Positions 22,250 to 34,092 of a DNA stretch of 64,000 bases are shown here, in pieces. A model generated the notes under the pieces. That model was not told where the DNA came from, made no database searches, and saw only the letters and a program-made list of their open reading frames with translations. The translations under genes and the position numbers were made by a program. This stretch comes from Podospora anserina (Eukaryota): assembly GCA_017654855.1 (NCBI GenBank), contig CM030337.1:2232001-2296000 (forward strand), given 5' to 3'. Position 1 is the first letter of the stretch, and the number at the start of each line of letters is the position of its first letter.

Positions 22250-23568
22250 ATGCCCACGCCCTCGTCGAGCGCGCCCGAACCCCAGTCGCCTCGTTCTTTC
22301 TCCTTCTCATCATGTCCTGATCCTGAGGAGCTGCTGTCTAACATGCCGTCCACATCCCACTCCCAACTGCCCCCAGCTCTGTCTCCGCAGTCGCCCGAGT
22401 CACCACAATCCCCCTCGAGCTGGCATCCCCGTCCCCCGGTTGCCTACGAAACAGATGTCACCATGACGAACGAACCGATTGCGGCGCAGTCTCCGCGATC
22501 AGCCACCATGTCACCGCAGCCTCTGTCGGAGAGACCCCTTCCGGAACCAGAGTTCGAAGTCGAAGGGATGGTGCCCGTGCCAGATCAGCCAGATGAATCA
22601 CAGAAGCAACCTGACCAGGATGAGGAGATGGCTAGGCCTGAGAATGATGCCAGTGGTGGTGGCAATACTGGCGAAGGAGCGGTCGCAAGACCACCAAACA
22701 CAACAATGGGGGAATCATCGAGTAGGAGGAGGTCAAGATGTGAAAAACAATCTCCGGTTGTCGGGGAGCTTTACGAGGTGGATATCTGGGGGCCAGTAGG
22801 GAACGGCCCTCGATGGGTTGAGGACAGAGGGTTAGTGGGACTGGGGCACGAGTTCTCTCTCATGAGGTCCATACCAACCACACCTTCGTCCTTCTTGCGG
22901 CCGGGAAGCAAGTTTGAGGGGTCTCAGGAATCGGAGCGACAACGGTACGATGTAGAGGTGGAAATCAAATACGTCGACATGCGCGAGTCGTTTTTGTGTG
23001 GTTATCTGAAGATTCAGGGTATGACAAGCTTTCCTTTCAAGAGACCACGGAGTGGGCCGCTAATACGGGTTCTACAGGTTTGACCGATGACCACCCAACA
23101 CTTACGACCTATTTTGAAGGCGAGATTATCGGCCCCAAGTACGGCTTCATCACACAACACCCAACCTGGGGCGCAACAGACAAGATTGATCTCTCCCACT
23201 GGGGAAAGTTTGCGCCTTTCCGTCCCTATGCTAAGCAAGCGCGTAAGGGCGGTCAGATCCTGGTCAAGGACATGGCCCAGCGGGAGAACATCTTCATGCG
23301 GTGGAAAGAGCACTTTCTTGTGCCCGACCACCGGGTGAGGACGATCAACGGGGCCAGTTTTGAGGGGTTCTATTACATTTGCTTTAATCAGGTGAAGGGG
23401 GAGGTCAGCGGGATCTACTTTCACAGCAAAAGTGAAAAGTGAGTTGCTCTAGACCAGACTGATACTTGTGATTCTGTCATATGCTGACACACACTATTCA
23501 GGTTTCAACGGCTAGAGCTGAGACATGTACCCAACAAGGGGTGTTATGGCGCCGTGGAGTTCAGATGA
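22250..23568 (+). CDS. gid4: GID/CTLH complex substrate receptor Gid4/Vid24 family
   Basis: Motifs FLRPGSKFEGSQ, FLCGYLKIQGLT...LTTYFEGEII and IFMRWKEHFLVPDHRVRTINGASFEGFYY. Introns 23019-23077 and 23439-23501; ends ...EFR*. Confidence 0.92.
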
Positions 23569-24195
23569 CGAAGTCATGATTTGGGAAGCAGGGGACACAC
23601 AACTGCAAAATACCTATGGGCGGCGTCACTTTTTGCGACACACACAAAACTGATACCAACATCAAAGGGATGATTGATTTTTTCACGAATTCAAGCAGGG
23701 AGGTTTCACGAGTGGGCGAGGTGAGGGGGCACAGCGTTGCCTGTTTGCATTGGTCGGATGAGTTTGGCTTTGTATCCTCTATTTGGTTGTCTTTTACTTT
23801 GCATCTTTTTTGATGGGGGCAAGGAGGCAGGAGGGAGGGGTGGGAACGAATATTACACCTACTACTAGCACATCTATATTGACAGAAGACGACACACACA
23901 CATGAAGGGCAGAACGACAGACACTTTGCAAGCGAGAGCATGGCCACTCCCAAGAGGGTGATGATGATAGGCGGGGGGACAGGCCGAGGACACACAAGCA
24001 CATATATAGCCAGGAATCTTTGCGCTCTATTATTTCTTCCCTCTTGAGCAGTTTTTCATTGTACATGCTTTATTTTTTATTATTTTTTATTATTTTTTAC
24101 AAAATGGGTATCTTTGATAAAGTCTTGTTTTTGACCTGAGAAGAAAACAAGAGACGAGAGATCACTCATTTTATCTATTTCATAACTTGTGTCAT

Positions 24196-25794
24196 TTAAT
24201 TTGGGGGTGGTGTCTCTGTTGCTGGTGCAGCAGGTGTTGATGTTCCAGTTGTTGCGGGGGGTGTTTGGAACCCTTCAAAGTAGGCTTTTCGGAAGGGGTT
24301 GAGCTCGTCGGCTGTTTTGCCGACTAGTTTGCGCTCCTCGCGGGCTTTGACGGCTGCTGAGTCGACGTCTTTGTCGGGGATGCGGCGGTAGCAGATTAGA
24401 CGGCGGGACCCTGGGGGGGGGTTAGCATTGGTAGGTTAATGAGGGGGAAAGACATACATTTGTTGAACACTTGGGTAGAAACTGAGAGTGTTTCCAGGTA
24501 AGGATGACTCGGCACAGGCATCTCCTGTTCTTCGTCGTTCGCAGTCGGCATCCAGAATGCCACTCTGCCATTGTCGACAAGCGTCTGAGCCGCAAATTGG
24601 AGGATGTCATCCAGCATCGCCAAAAACCCATATGGTTTCCTCGGCGGGATGAAATCCGCTTGTCTGTTCGTTCCCTCGTCAGCCTTTTCCCCTTTTTTAC
24701 CACCCCATCGTGCGCAGAATGAACGTACTTGTACATCTCCCTCCCCTTCCTCTCCACCCAAGGCGTCTTCTCCGGATCCCTCACCCCCAACACCATCAGC
24801 CCCTCCCTCACCCCATAAGGCGGATCACACACAATCCCATCAAACACCCTCCCCCTCACCCCATCCCCATCACTCCCTAGTTCTTGTTTCCTAATCGGAC
24901 TATTCGTCAAATCAGCCGTGAACGTCCCCCCCAACCTCCCCAAAAGCCCATACTGCTCAAAATTCCCCCTTAGCGTCTTTTCCCTCCCATCACCCCTGAT
25001 ACTCCTCCCATCAATATCACTCCCCAACGCCACCGCCCCAAACTCGGCAACCGCGATGGGAAACGACCCCGTCCCACAAAACGGATCATAAAATAACTTC
25101 CCCGGCCCGGCAAGCGCAATATTGGCTGTGATGAGCGCTAATTCGGCGTCCATGCTTGTGGTGGAGATATACCTCCTCTTTTTCAAATCCAGTTTCTTTG
25201 GTAGGTCACGGAGGGAGGAGCCGAGGTAGCGGGTGAAGTACAAGTGGTTAGGCTCTGGTATTCCCAAAGGGGTGGAGTTGAAGGGCCAGAGTTCGTGGAG
25301 GGTGAATTCTTGGTCGGGGTGGCGCATTTTGATTGGGCCCATGAAGCCGAGGTAGGAGAAGGAGTTGATGATGGAGACTTTTTGATCCGAGGTGCGGGAG
25401 CCTTGGTAGGAGTCGAGGGTGAATTTGAAGGAGCAGGAGAGATAGGAGGGCCAGAGGGGGGAGGTGGTGGATTTCACGGCGGCGTGGACCGAGGCGAGGT
25501 CGGGGCCGTGGCCCCAGAGCTCGTGGATGGACATTGCGAGGATGGAGCGGCGGATTAGACGGCGGGCGAGGGTGGTTGTGGTGATGGGAGGGGAGGAAGG
25601 GGGGAGGCGGATTATGCAGAAGGGGGACTGGGAGGGGGCGGTTAGTAGGGGTTTTTGAGTGGGGGACAGGATAGGCTTACGTCTAGGCTGTAGGATACGA
25701 CTTCCATGTCGATCCCTTCGAGAACGGCTAGGGCTTGCAGCTCAGGGAGACGGAAGGTCTCGTGAGACTGGGAGAAACGGATGAGATATTCCAT
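24196..25794 (-). CDS. trm11: tRNA (guanine-10-N2)-methyltransferase Trm11
   Basis: Motifs MEYLIRFSQSHETFRLPEL, LKKRRYISTTSMDAELAL, YDPFCGTGS, GSDIDGR and CDPPYGVREG; three introns (first 25680-25628). Confidence 0.94.
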
Positions 25795-26272
25795 TTTTTC
25801 GAGTGTGTGAGGGGTCGACAGGGAGTTTTGATCTTTGAGGAATTCCTCTTCTATATGGTGTAACAAGATAAGTTATCTTATGGCAGATGCATATTTCGAC
25901 CAACAGAATATGCCGAATTTGGCGTATAAATGTTTTCACTCTAAAAGTCAAATGCAAACAGTTTTGACTCACTTGAAGTTTTACACTCAAGTTTGAAGAG
26001 GACCCGAAGAAGTGGTCTTGGGCTGGTCTATAAACACACCGGGGTGCATCTAGCTTGCACACTCCACCAATGCCAATAGCTAGGCCCAATCAGCGTATGT
26101 AATGCATGAACTAAAGCCACCCCTCGTGCAGGCGTACCCATTCTCAAGATTTTGCCTAGGGCAGTTTCAACGCAACGACTGTCCAGCACCGTCTTGCAGG
26201 CAGATATCCGAATCCATCACAGCACATCCAAACATTCAGCATCGAGGATTCAGGTCAAAACAACCGCCCACG

Positions 26273-27559
26273 ATGCTTTCTTTTCAGCAGCCAGCCTTCT
26301 ACCAATCCTCAAAATGCTTCGTCACACACGGAGTCATGGGCCATGTAGACCCTAAACAGCCCCCATCCAAAGGCAAGCCGTGGACTGCCTTTGCAGCTCA
26401 GGATTTTGTCTACACAGTACGCAATCTACCTCATCACCTCACACCAAAGTCACCATGCTGACCAATTGACAAGGCCGATCTCATCTTGCCTCAGGAAGTT
26501 TTTGAGGTAGTCCAAGAAGAATTATTGAAGCATGACGCTGCTCCCCAGTACAAGCGGATTGTCATGTCGCTGCACGATATTCTATCTGGGGATTTTTACA
26601 GCAGTTACATCAAGCAAGGAAATATTTTGATGCTCTCGGAGGGAAGAAGAGGGATTGACAATGTTTTTGCTTTGAGGAGTGGTACGCATTGATAGAGGCC
26701 GGGTAGAGGTTGACAATTGACTAACAGTATGTAGGGCACTTGACAATGTTCCTCGACAAGGAGGCATATGAGCGAGCCGGCTTGGTGGGGAAGCCGCATG
26801 GCGTGAAAGGAAATCGTGGGATTAAGCCTCGTTGGAGTCAGTCATATCTAGCATACGCATTCTTTGACTATTGCTAACAATCCTTTGTAGTTGTCGAGAT
26901 CGATCTCAACAGCTCATCCATGGTCAAGGGAAAGAAGGGCTACGACAGACTGATCTATGCCAGCAAAAATGCCTTCAGTGGGGCTGTGACTTGGCTTTTC
27001 TGCAATATGACTTCCACAGGTGAGTTCTCTCAATTTTCCCATGACATTCTTCTGCTAATTCAGATTTGCAGTGCCTGACCCAGACCCATTGGCCACCCTC
27101 TCCCCAACCAGCTGCACGTCTAACCTATCCATCACACAAGACATCGATGCTCTCGTACCGATCCTTACTCCACCAACAGGCACATCTGAGCAAATCGCCA
27201 GGGATGAGCTCGAGGACTTCTCATCCGAACTGTATGAATGGCTTGCTCTGGTCAGACTACAGAGTCCTCGCATCCTACAAGGTGACAGCATCGACCCGTA
27301 CCTGTCATTATACCGCATCCCAAATGGGAGTAATCCGGCCAAAATCTGCAAGCTCAGTTGGCGAGGATTTTTCTCCCCATCATGGACCCGTCAGACCTTG
27401 ATCGGCCTCTTCACAGTCCTCCCCTCCAAGACGTGGTTCTCTTTCAGTACAACCACCTTTTCAAAAGGCATTGCCGGGGACAACACTGAGTGTACCTTTC
27501 TCCGACCGCCAAATCGGCTGGGGGAGTATCTCATGTGGGAAGTCAGGAGTCATGAGTGA
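26273..27559 (+). CDS. rpp40: Ribonuclease P/MRP 40 kDa subunit-like (multi-exon)
   Basis: Motifs YIKQGNILMLSEGR, LTMFLDKEAYERAGLVGKP and ELYEWLALVRLQSPRILQGDSIDPYLSLY; ends EYLMWEVRSHE*; several GT-AG introns. Confidence 0.8.
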
Positions 27560-27579
27560 CAATAAATCTCGGGTATCAA

Positions 27580-28206
27580 TTAGTCCTGTCTCGGGCGGAC
27601 ACTTCTCTCCTCAGCCAGGCCCTCTCCACCAATGGCTTCCTCAACAAGCTGGCGCAAAGCTGCTTGGCCCTCAGGTGTGTGGATATCGTCTCTGGCGGCC
27701 AGCTCCTCTATCCTTCTCCTGAACTCGGGGTCTGGTTGTTGTTCGCCCGCCTCGGCCTCATCCATTGTACCAACAGTAACCCTCAACCCTTGGGGCGCAG
27801 GCGGCAATTCTGTGCCATTAGCTACCCCGTTGGCGCCCTCTAAACCAGCGAGATACTCGGCAACCTCTGGGAATTCTTCTTCAGCCTCGATCTTTTCTCT
27901 GGCGGTTTGGCCTTCGTCGTTTGTGATCTTGGTGTCGAGCTTCAGCTCTTCGACTAGGATGCGAGCCGCTTCCACTGTCTCAACCACAAACAAGGCTGTT
28001 TCGCCATCTTCGTCTTTGATATCGACTGGGACCTTGAATTCGTTGATCAAGCTCCGGAGGAGGTCGAAATGGTTGTAGCTGGCGGCAGCGTGTACGAGAG
28101 AGTATCCGTGCTCGTCCTGGCACACGGCAATGGAGGGGTTCTCGCGGAGGAGCTCAAGGAGGGCCTGCGGGTTGTCGGCGGCGAGGAGGTAGGGGTTAGG
28201 GGACAT
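27580..28206 (-). CDS. Small ankyrin-repeat protein (YCR051W-like)
   Basis: Ankyrin repeats QDEHGYSLVHAAASYNH and KDEDGETALFVVE; 208 aa, intronless. Confidence 0.88.
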   Translation of the reverse strand: MSPNPYLLAADNPQALLELLRENPSIAVCQDEHGYSLVHAAASYNHFDLLRSLINEFKVPVDIKDEDGETALFVVETVEAARILVEELKLDTKITNDEGQTAREKIEAEEEFPEVAEYLAGLEGANGVANGTELPPAPQGLRVTVGTMDEAEAGEQQPDPEFRRRIEELAARDDIHTPEGQAALRQLVEEAIGGEGLAEERSVRPRQD

Positions 28207-29244
28207 GGTGGGCGTTAGTGAGTGGCAGTCAAGAAAATGGACAGATGGTTCTGGGTTGTTCGTATCGTATAGGGTAGGATGTCGCTGGGAGTGTTCCTTT
28301 GGTTCGTGATCAAGGCTTGGAGGGGCAGTGCTATCAACAAAATTTTGGTGGGGGTTTACACCACGCGGGGCACGACAGGGATGCCATGCTTAAAAACAGT
28401 CTGGCAGAGAACGGGTCTCCGCTGAAAATGCCGGTGCGCCACTTTGTCGGGAGTCGGCAGCTGGTGGGCAGACTTTCAGGCCCTAAACTTGGGCACACCA
28501 CAGAGAGAACTCTTCTCTATAGCGTCGTGATCTTTACCATTGTTCTTCATAGCTGGCTCTTAGTATTGATATAAAAGATGGGTAATGGTAAATTCAACAT
28601 CATCATGCTAGAGAATAATCTGCACGTTCTAGCCAGCACCAACAACGTATTACCGTGAGGCCTCGCGTGGTTGGTTCCGTCCTCAAAATTAAGCACTGCC
28701 TTTTTGTTCTCACCAACACGGTCGCCAATCCCCAAGGTGTGACTCTTATGCCGAATGGCTGCTTGTCGCTTACAGGGCCCCTTCAAAGCAGGCACAGTGC
28801 ACCATTGTCTGAAGCAACAGTCAAGCCTGTGTGTGTCTCTCTCTCTATCAATCCAGGGGTGACTGCTATAGGCCTACTGCTTTCGTGCTGCCCTAGGCGT
28901 CGGGTCGTTGATTCATTGGGCCGATTTGAGGCGTGACTGCCTTTGATCCGTCCCAGGTCCCTCTTCCCAGCCTTTACGAAGCCTCCAGCGAAAACAGATA
29001 TATGCTGTAAACTGCCGCCTTCCCACCTTGTCAAACTCTCGACGTTTTTTTACACTCTGCAACGAAAAAGGCTAACGCAGCTCTCTATAAATCCTCTCTC
29101 TCCCAACTCTCAGCCAGGAAAGCCTTCTGGTCACCGTATCCACCACAACTTCTTCACCCCTCATAATTCAACAAACCTCACCTTTCCCTTTCACCACCAC
29201 TTATCTGACTTGACCACCAACACAGCAACAAAATCACAGCCAAC

Positions 29245-31773
29245 ATGACGGATATGGTAGATAACCCACTTTCGCTCAAATACAAGGCTTCGACCGACTA
29301 CGCCAAAGATGCAGTCGACATGAAAGTCCCATACATCAGCCAAGATGCCCAGCAGATCGCTGGCCTTCTCCGCGGCCTCGATGACGGTGCCAAAAAGGGC
29401 AAGGGAAGGAGCGGCTTCCACGTCAAGAAGACAAAGTACGCCGTTGCCGCCTCGCCAACCAAGGCGACAGTAGACTCGTGGAGATTTCAGGAGTGGGACT
29501 ACAAGCGAAGAGATCTCCCAACCTACGCTCGCGGCCTGTTCACCACCAAACGACAGGACGGCACCCCGGAAATCGTCATTCGGGGGTACGACAAGTTTTT
29601 CAACTGCGGCGAGGTACGCGAGACGGATTGGGACAATATTCTGAGCAGAACCAAGGGCCCATATGAGCTCACGCTGAAAGAAAACGGATGCATCATCTTC
29701 ATCAGCGGGCTTGAGGACGACACACTTCTTGTCTGCAGCAAACACTCGACTGGAGACCGGCAGGATGCTGAGCACAGCCACGCCAGCGTTGGCGAGAAGC
29801 ATATCGAGAGACAGTTGCAGCGTATTGGAAAAACCAAGGAGGATTTGGCCAGGGAACTGAGAAGGAGGAACGCCACTGCTGTTGCTGAGCTTTGCGATGA
29901 CAACTTTGAGGAGCATATTTTGGCCTACGGGCCGGACAAGGCCGGTCTTTACCTTCACGGCATCAACCTCAACCTTCCTGAATTCTTCACCTACCCTTCG
30001 CAGCTTGTCCAGAAGTTCGCCGAGGACTGGGGCTTCGTCAAGACGGGGCTCATCATGATTGACGATATCAAGGAGGTCAAAGCTTTCCTTGAGGAGGTTG
30101 CGGAAACCGGAGCACATGATGGGCGTGACGTGGAGGGCTTTGTCATCCGCTGCAAGATGAGCCACGATCCTACGAAGCAACCTTTTATGGATTGGTTCTT
30201 CAAGTACAAGTTCGAGGAGCCCTATCTGATGTACCGCCAGTGGAGAGAGTGCACCAAGTCTCTGATCTCAGGGAAGCAGCCGAGGATCAAGAAGCACGTC
30301 AAGATCACTGAGGAGTATCTTTTGTACGCCCGCAAGAGGTTGGCCGCTGATCGAAACTTGGGCAAGCTCTACCAGCAGAACCATGGCATCATCAAGCTGA
30401 GAAACGACTTCCTCGAGTTCAAGCAGATGAAGGGGTCTGATGCCGCCAATTTTGAGGAATTGCACGGCAACGGAGGGCTCACCGAGGTGACACGAGATGT
30501 GATTGTTGTTCCGATTGCTACTATTGGATGCGGTAAGACGACTATCGGAGTTGCTCTCACCAAGCTCTTCGGCTGGGGTCACATCCAGAATGACAACATC
30601 ACCGGTCCCAAGCGCCCTCCGCGTTTCACCAAGGCTCTCCTTGACGAGCTTGACGAGGCCCCTGCCGTCTTTGCCGACCGCAACAACGCCCAGAAGCACG
30701 AACGCAAGCAGTTGATCACGGATGTCAAGCTTCAGCACACCAATGCCAGGCTTGTGGCTCTCCACTTTGTCCACAACGACGTCGAAAACATCCGAAAGAT
30801 CACCCAGGACCGCGTGCTCAGCCGTGGCGACAACCACCAGACCATCCAGGCTGCCACGGACATGGGCAAGGTAGTCGGTATCATGGAGGGATTCCTCCAC
30901 CGGTTTGAGCCTTGCGATCCAGAGAAGGAGCCAGATGCCGGCTTCGACGCCGTGATTGACCTCGACCCTACCGTCGGAAGCAGAGCCAACCTCGAGATTG
31001 TCATCAAGGAGCTTCACCGTCTCTACCCCAAGCTTGTCACTGAGGTTCCTTCTCCTGAGGCTATGGATGAGGCCATCAAGGCTGCTCTGGAGGGGCATAC
31101 TCCTGATCTGAGACACAACATCCCCGATCGCTCCAACAACAAGGGCAAGAAGCCTCACCAACAGATCAACCCTGTTACTGGCAGGCAGATCAAGAAGAAG
31201 CCTCTCGAGTACATGTCTGTCGACGTCCAGACCAAGGACGTGCTGGACGCGCTGGAGAAGGCTTTCGCCTCGGTGGGCAACAAGCAGGCAAAGTTTTACA
31301 AGATGCTTCAGGGCCAGAGGAGGATACAGGCCAAGTTCCACGTTACGTTGATGCACCGCGCTGGAGCCAAGGAGAATAAAGAACTTTGGGATCGGTATGT
31401 GGCTGTTCATGAGGCGGATGGGCAAATTCATGACGATGGGAGGCTGGGGGAGATGGAGGTTCAGCTTGAGAGGGTGGTGTTTGATGAGAGGGTTATGGCG
31501 ATTGTGGTTAGGCTGGTGCCTGGGGAGGGGGATGTGATTACTGTTATGGGGAAGGATGGGAAGGAGGACACGAAGCCGAAGTGGGAGTGTGTGAACAGGG
31601 TTGCGCATATTACTGTTGGCACGAGGAGCGATGGGATTAAGCCGAAGGAGTCGAATGATTTGTTGAAGAGGTGGTTGGAGGTGGGGAGCGGGGAGGGGAC
31701 GGGGATTGGGGAGCTGGTTTTGGAGGGGAGGCCGGGGTTGAAGGGTGTCGTGCGGGGGGTGCTTTCTAGGTAG
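29245..31773 (+). CDS. trl1: Fungal tRNA ligase Trl1 (ligase-kinase-cyclic phosphodiesterase)
   Basis: Ligase motifs LKENGCII and EGFVIR, kinase P-loop ATIGCGKTT and ADRNN, CPD 2H motifs FHVTL and AHITVGT; 842 aa. Confidence 0.96.
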   Translation: MTDMVDNPLSLKYKASTDYAKDAVDMKVPYISQDAQQIAGLLRGLDDGAKKGKGRSGFHVKKTKYAVAASPTKATVDSWRFQEWDYKRRDLPTYARGLFTTKRQDGTPEIVIRGYDKFFNCGEVRETDWDNILSRTKGPYELTLKENGCIIFISGLEDDTLLVCSKHSTGDRQDAEHSHASVGEKHIERQLQRIGKTKEDLARELRRRNATAVAELCDDNFEEHILAYGPDKAGLYLHGINLNLPEFFTYPSQLVQKFAEDWGFVKTGLIMIDDIKEVKAFLEEVAETGAHDGRDVEGFVIRCKMSHDPTKQPFMDWFFKYKFEEPYLMYRQWRECTKSLISGKQPRIKKHVKITEEYLLYARKRLAADRNLGKLYQQNHGIIKLRNDFLEFKQMKGSDAANFEELHGNGGLTEVTRDVIVVPIATIGCGKTTIGVALTKLFGWGHIQNDNITGPKRPPRFTKALLDELDEAPAVFADRNNAQKHERKQLITDVKLQHTNARLVALHFVHNDVENIRKITQDRVLSRGDNHQTIQAATDMGKVVGIMEGFLHRFEPCDPEKEPDAGFDAVIDLDPTVGSRANLEIVIKELHRLYPKLVTEVPSPEAMDEAIKAALEGHTPDLRHNIPDRSNNKGKKPHQQINPVTGRQIKKKPLEYMSVDVQTKDVLDALEKAFASVGNKQAKFYKMLQGQRRIQAKFHVTLMHRAGAKENKELWDRYVAVHEADGQIHDDGRLGEMEVQLERVVFDERVMAIVVRLVPGEGDVITVMGKDGKEDTKPKWECVNRVAHITVGTRSDGIKPKESNDLLKRWLEVGSGEGTGIGELVLEGRPGLKGVVRGVLSR

Positions 31774-32287
31774 GATGCTGGGGAGGCTGTTTCGTGGGGG
31801 CATGCCAATGGTGATGGTGGTGGTGGTGGTGGTGGTGGGAGGAATAGGAATCGGTGGTGGAGGTATGGGAGGGGGCAGAGGGATGCTCCGAGGGGTAGGA
31901 ATGGGAAGGTGAGGGGTGGGGGGCTAGATTATGGGGGTGGTGGTGCCAAGTTGTAGACATGGGTAGGAAAGATTTTGGGATTGTATTGTTTGATGCTTGT
32001 TGGGGTGGTGGAAAGCAGGTGGTTATTTTCTTGGGATGTATCACTAGAAAGAAAAGGGTCAGATTTGGTAGCGATGATCAAGTAGATTCATTCGGCCATT
32101 TCTAGCTAAAAAACTAAGACGATATCTCAGTTGCATCGGCTCTTGCTCAAAGCTGTAGGAGCATGCGTGAAACGTCACACATATTCACTCCAACCAAGTC
32201 ATATGCCTGAAACTTGGACTTTGATATTCACCCCTTCCCTTCCCGTTCCTTTTCCCTTTCCAGAATCGGTCAAAAGAGTTGACAACT

Positions 32288-33588
32288 CTACTCTTCGGGA
32301 AACGAGTTTGTAACCTCGACAAACCTCGCCCACTGCCTCGCCGCCTCCCCGCTCTTGACCGCCCACCTCGCCCTTCTAACTCCTTCCTTCCACCTCCCCC
32401 CTCCCGGCCCCCTTTCAGTAATGACCTTCCCGTCATCCCCATACCCCATATCACTCGTCTCCGCCTCGGTAACCCCCGCAACAACAAACAACGCCGCCGT
32501 GTTGATCAGCACAAAATGCAAAATCGGATCATCATCCGGCACCTCCCCGTTCAGAATCCTCGTCAGAATCGCCGCATTCTCCTGCGGTTCCTTGCCCGGA
32601 GAGACCTCACTAAGCGGGTGAGCTGGCAGCCCGAAGTCTCGCGGATGCAACCGGAAATTTTCCGTCTTCCCGTCCACAATCCTCCAGCAGAGCGTCTCCC
32701 CCGCACAAGAAATCTCATCTAGCTCCTCATCACCACAAACAACCATTGCCTTTTTTGCTCCGGCCATAACCAAGGCAGAGGCGAAGACAGGACCGATATC
32801 TTTACGCGCTACACCGATCATGCGTGCTTCGAGGAGGGGGGGGGAGGAGATGTCAGTTGGGTTTGCTAGGGGGCCGACAAGGTTGAAGATTGTTCTCCAG
32901 GGGAGCTGGCGGCGGATGGGGGCGACGTATTTCATTCCTGGGTGGAATACCGGGGCGAAGAGGAAGCCGTAGTTGGAACGGGAATACAGAAGAGAAATGG
33001 TGGAGGGGGTGATGAGGGAGATTTTGGGGGGGAGGGGAGTCATGCAGTTGAGGAGGTCGGCCGAGCCGGATTTGGAGGTGGAGGCTTTGTTGCCGTGTTT
33101 GGCGATGAGGAGGAGGGAGGAGGCGAGGATGGAAGAGGTGGTGGAGATGTTGAATGTGTTGTGGGAGTCGCCTCCTGTGCCGACTATGTCGACCTGGAGA
33201 AGGAGAGGGGGGTTAGTGAAGGAAAGGGAATAAGCGGGGGGGAGGGGGGACGAACAAGGCCTCCTTGGTAGTCGCCTTCTGGTCGCCGGCGGGAGTCGAC
33301 TACTTTGCGAAGCTCATCTACGTCGATTTTGGCGGCTGATTTCAACATGGCTTGCGCCGTCTTGGAGAGCACTTCTGCTTGGCGGTCGAGGCCGGTGAAG
33401 TGCAGGCACATGAGGAGGGAGCCGGCTTGGACATCGGAGACTTGGTTGGTGAAGAAGTAGGAGATGGCATTGGCGATCTCGTCGGAGGAGACGGTGTCTG
33501 GGTGGCCTACTGGCCAGAGTCGAGAGAGAAGAGGTTTAATGTCGACTGGGGGGAGCTCGGCGGGGGTTGTTGCTGTTTGCGACGACAT
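32288..33588 (-). CDS. trp4: Anthranilate phosphoribosyltransferase
   Basis: Motifs DIVGTGGD, FNISTT, KHGNKASTSKSGSADLL, RTIFNLVGPLANP and LDEIS; intron 33255-33194. Confidence 0.95.
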
Positions 33589-34092
33589 GGTGGGCAGTTT
33601 GAACTAAAGTCGCGGAGTTGGTCTGGAATAAGTGGGAAAGTGGCTTGGATTGAAACGGTTTCTATTTGATTGGGGAATGCCGAATTCCCAGCAGCAACTC
33701 CTGAAATACAATGGCAAGAAAACAAAAGTGAGAAGGTTGAGTCATCTTGAAAGGAAACATGGCCAGGAGCTTACAGGTCTGAGTTGAATGCTTTGTCGCG
33801 CACAGCTTCCGGCGACGGCCCCTCGATTACCAAGTTACAGCGGGGGAAGTTACAGGGGTAGGCAGCCTGTCACTTTTGGCAGAATTTAGGCGGTGAGACG
33901 CTATTGGGTCTGAATTGAAGGAAGCTTGGACCACCCTGCCGTTCCATTGGCGCTGCGGCCAAAATTTCTGGGTTGCCGGATTGGAAGCCGTAGAGGTTAT
34001 TGAACGAGAGGGAGGTCATTTGTTAGACCAGGTTGGTATACTGCGCCATGGGAAAGGGGTGAACACCAGACTGACCGGAAGAAGCAAACACC

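Noticed and set aside
28533-28592. Short inverted repeat TTTACCATT...AATGGTAAA as a possible ncRNA hairpin
   Set aside because: Only a 9-bp stem, with no snoRNA or tRNA boxes.
29191-31803. Minus-strand ORFs of 329 and 511 aa opposite trl1
   Set aside because: Antisense shadows with Pro/Leu/His-biased composition.
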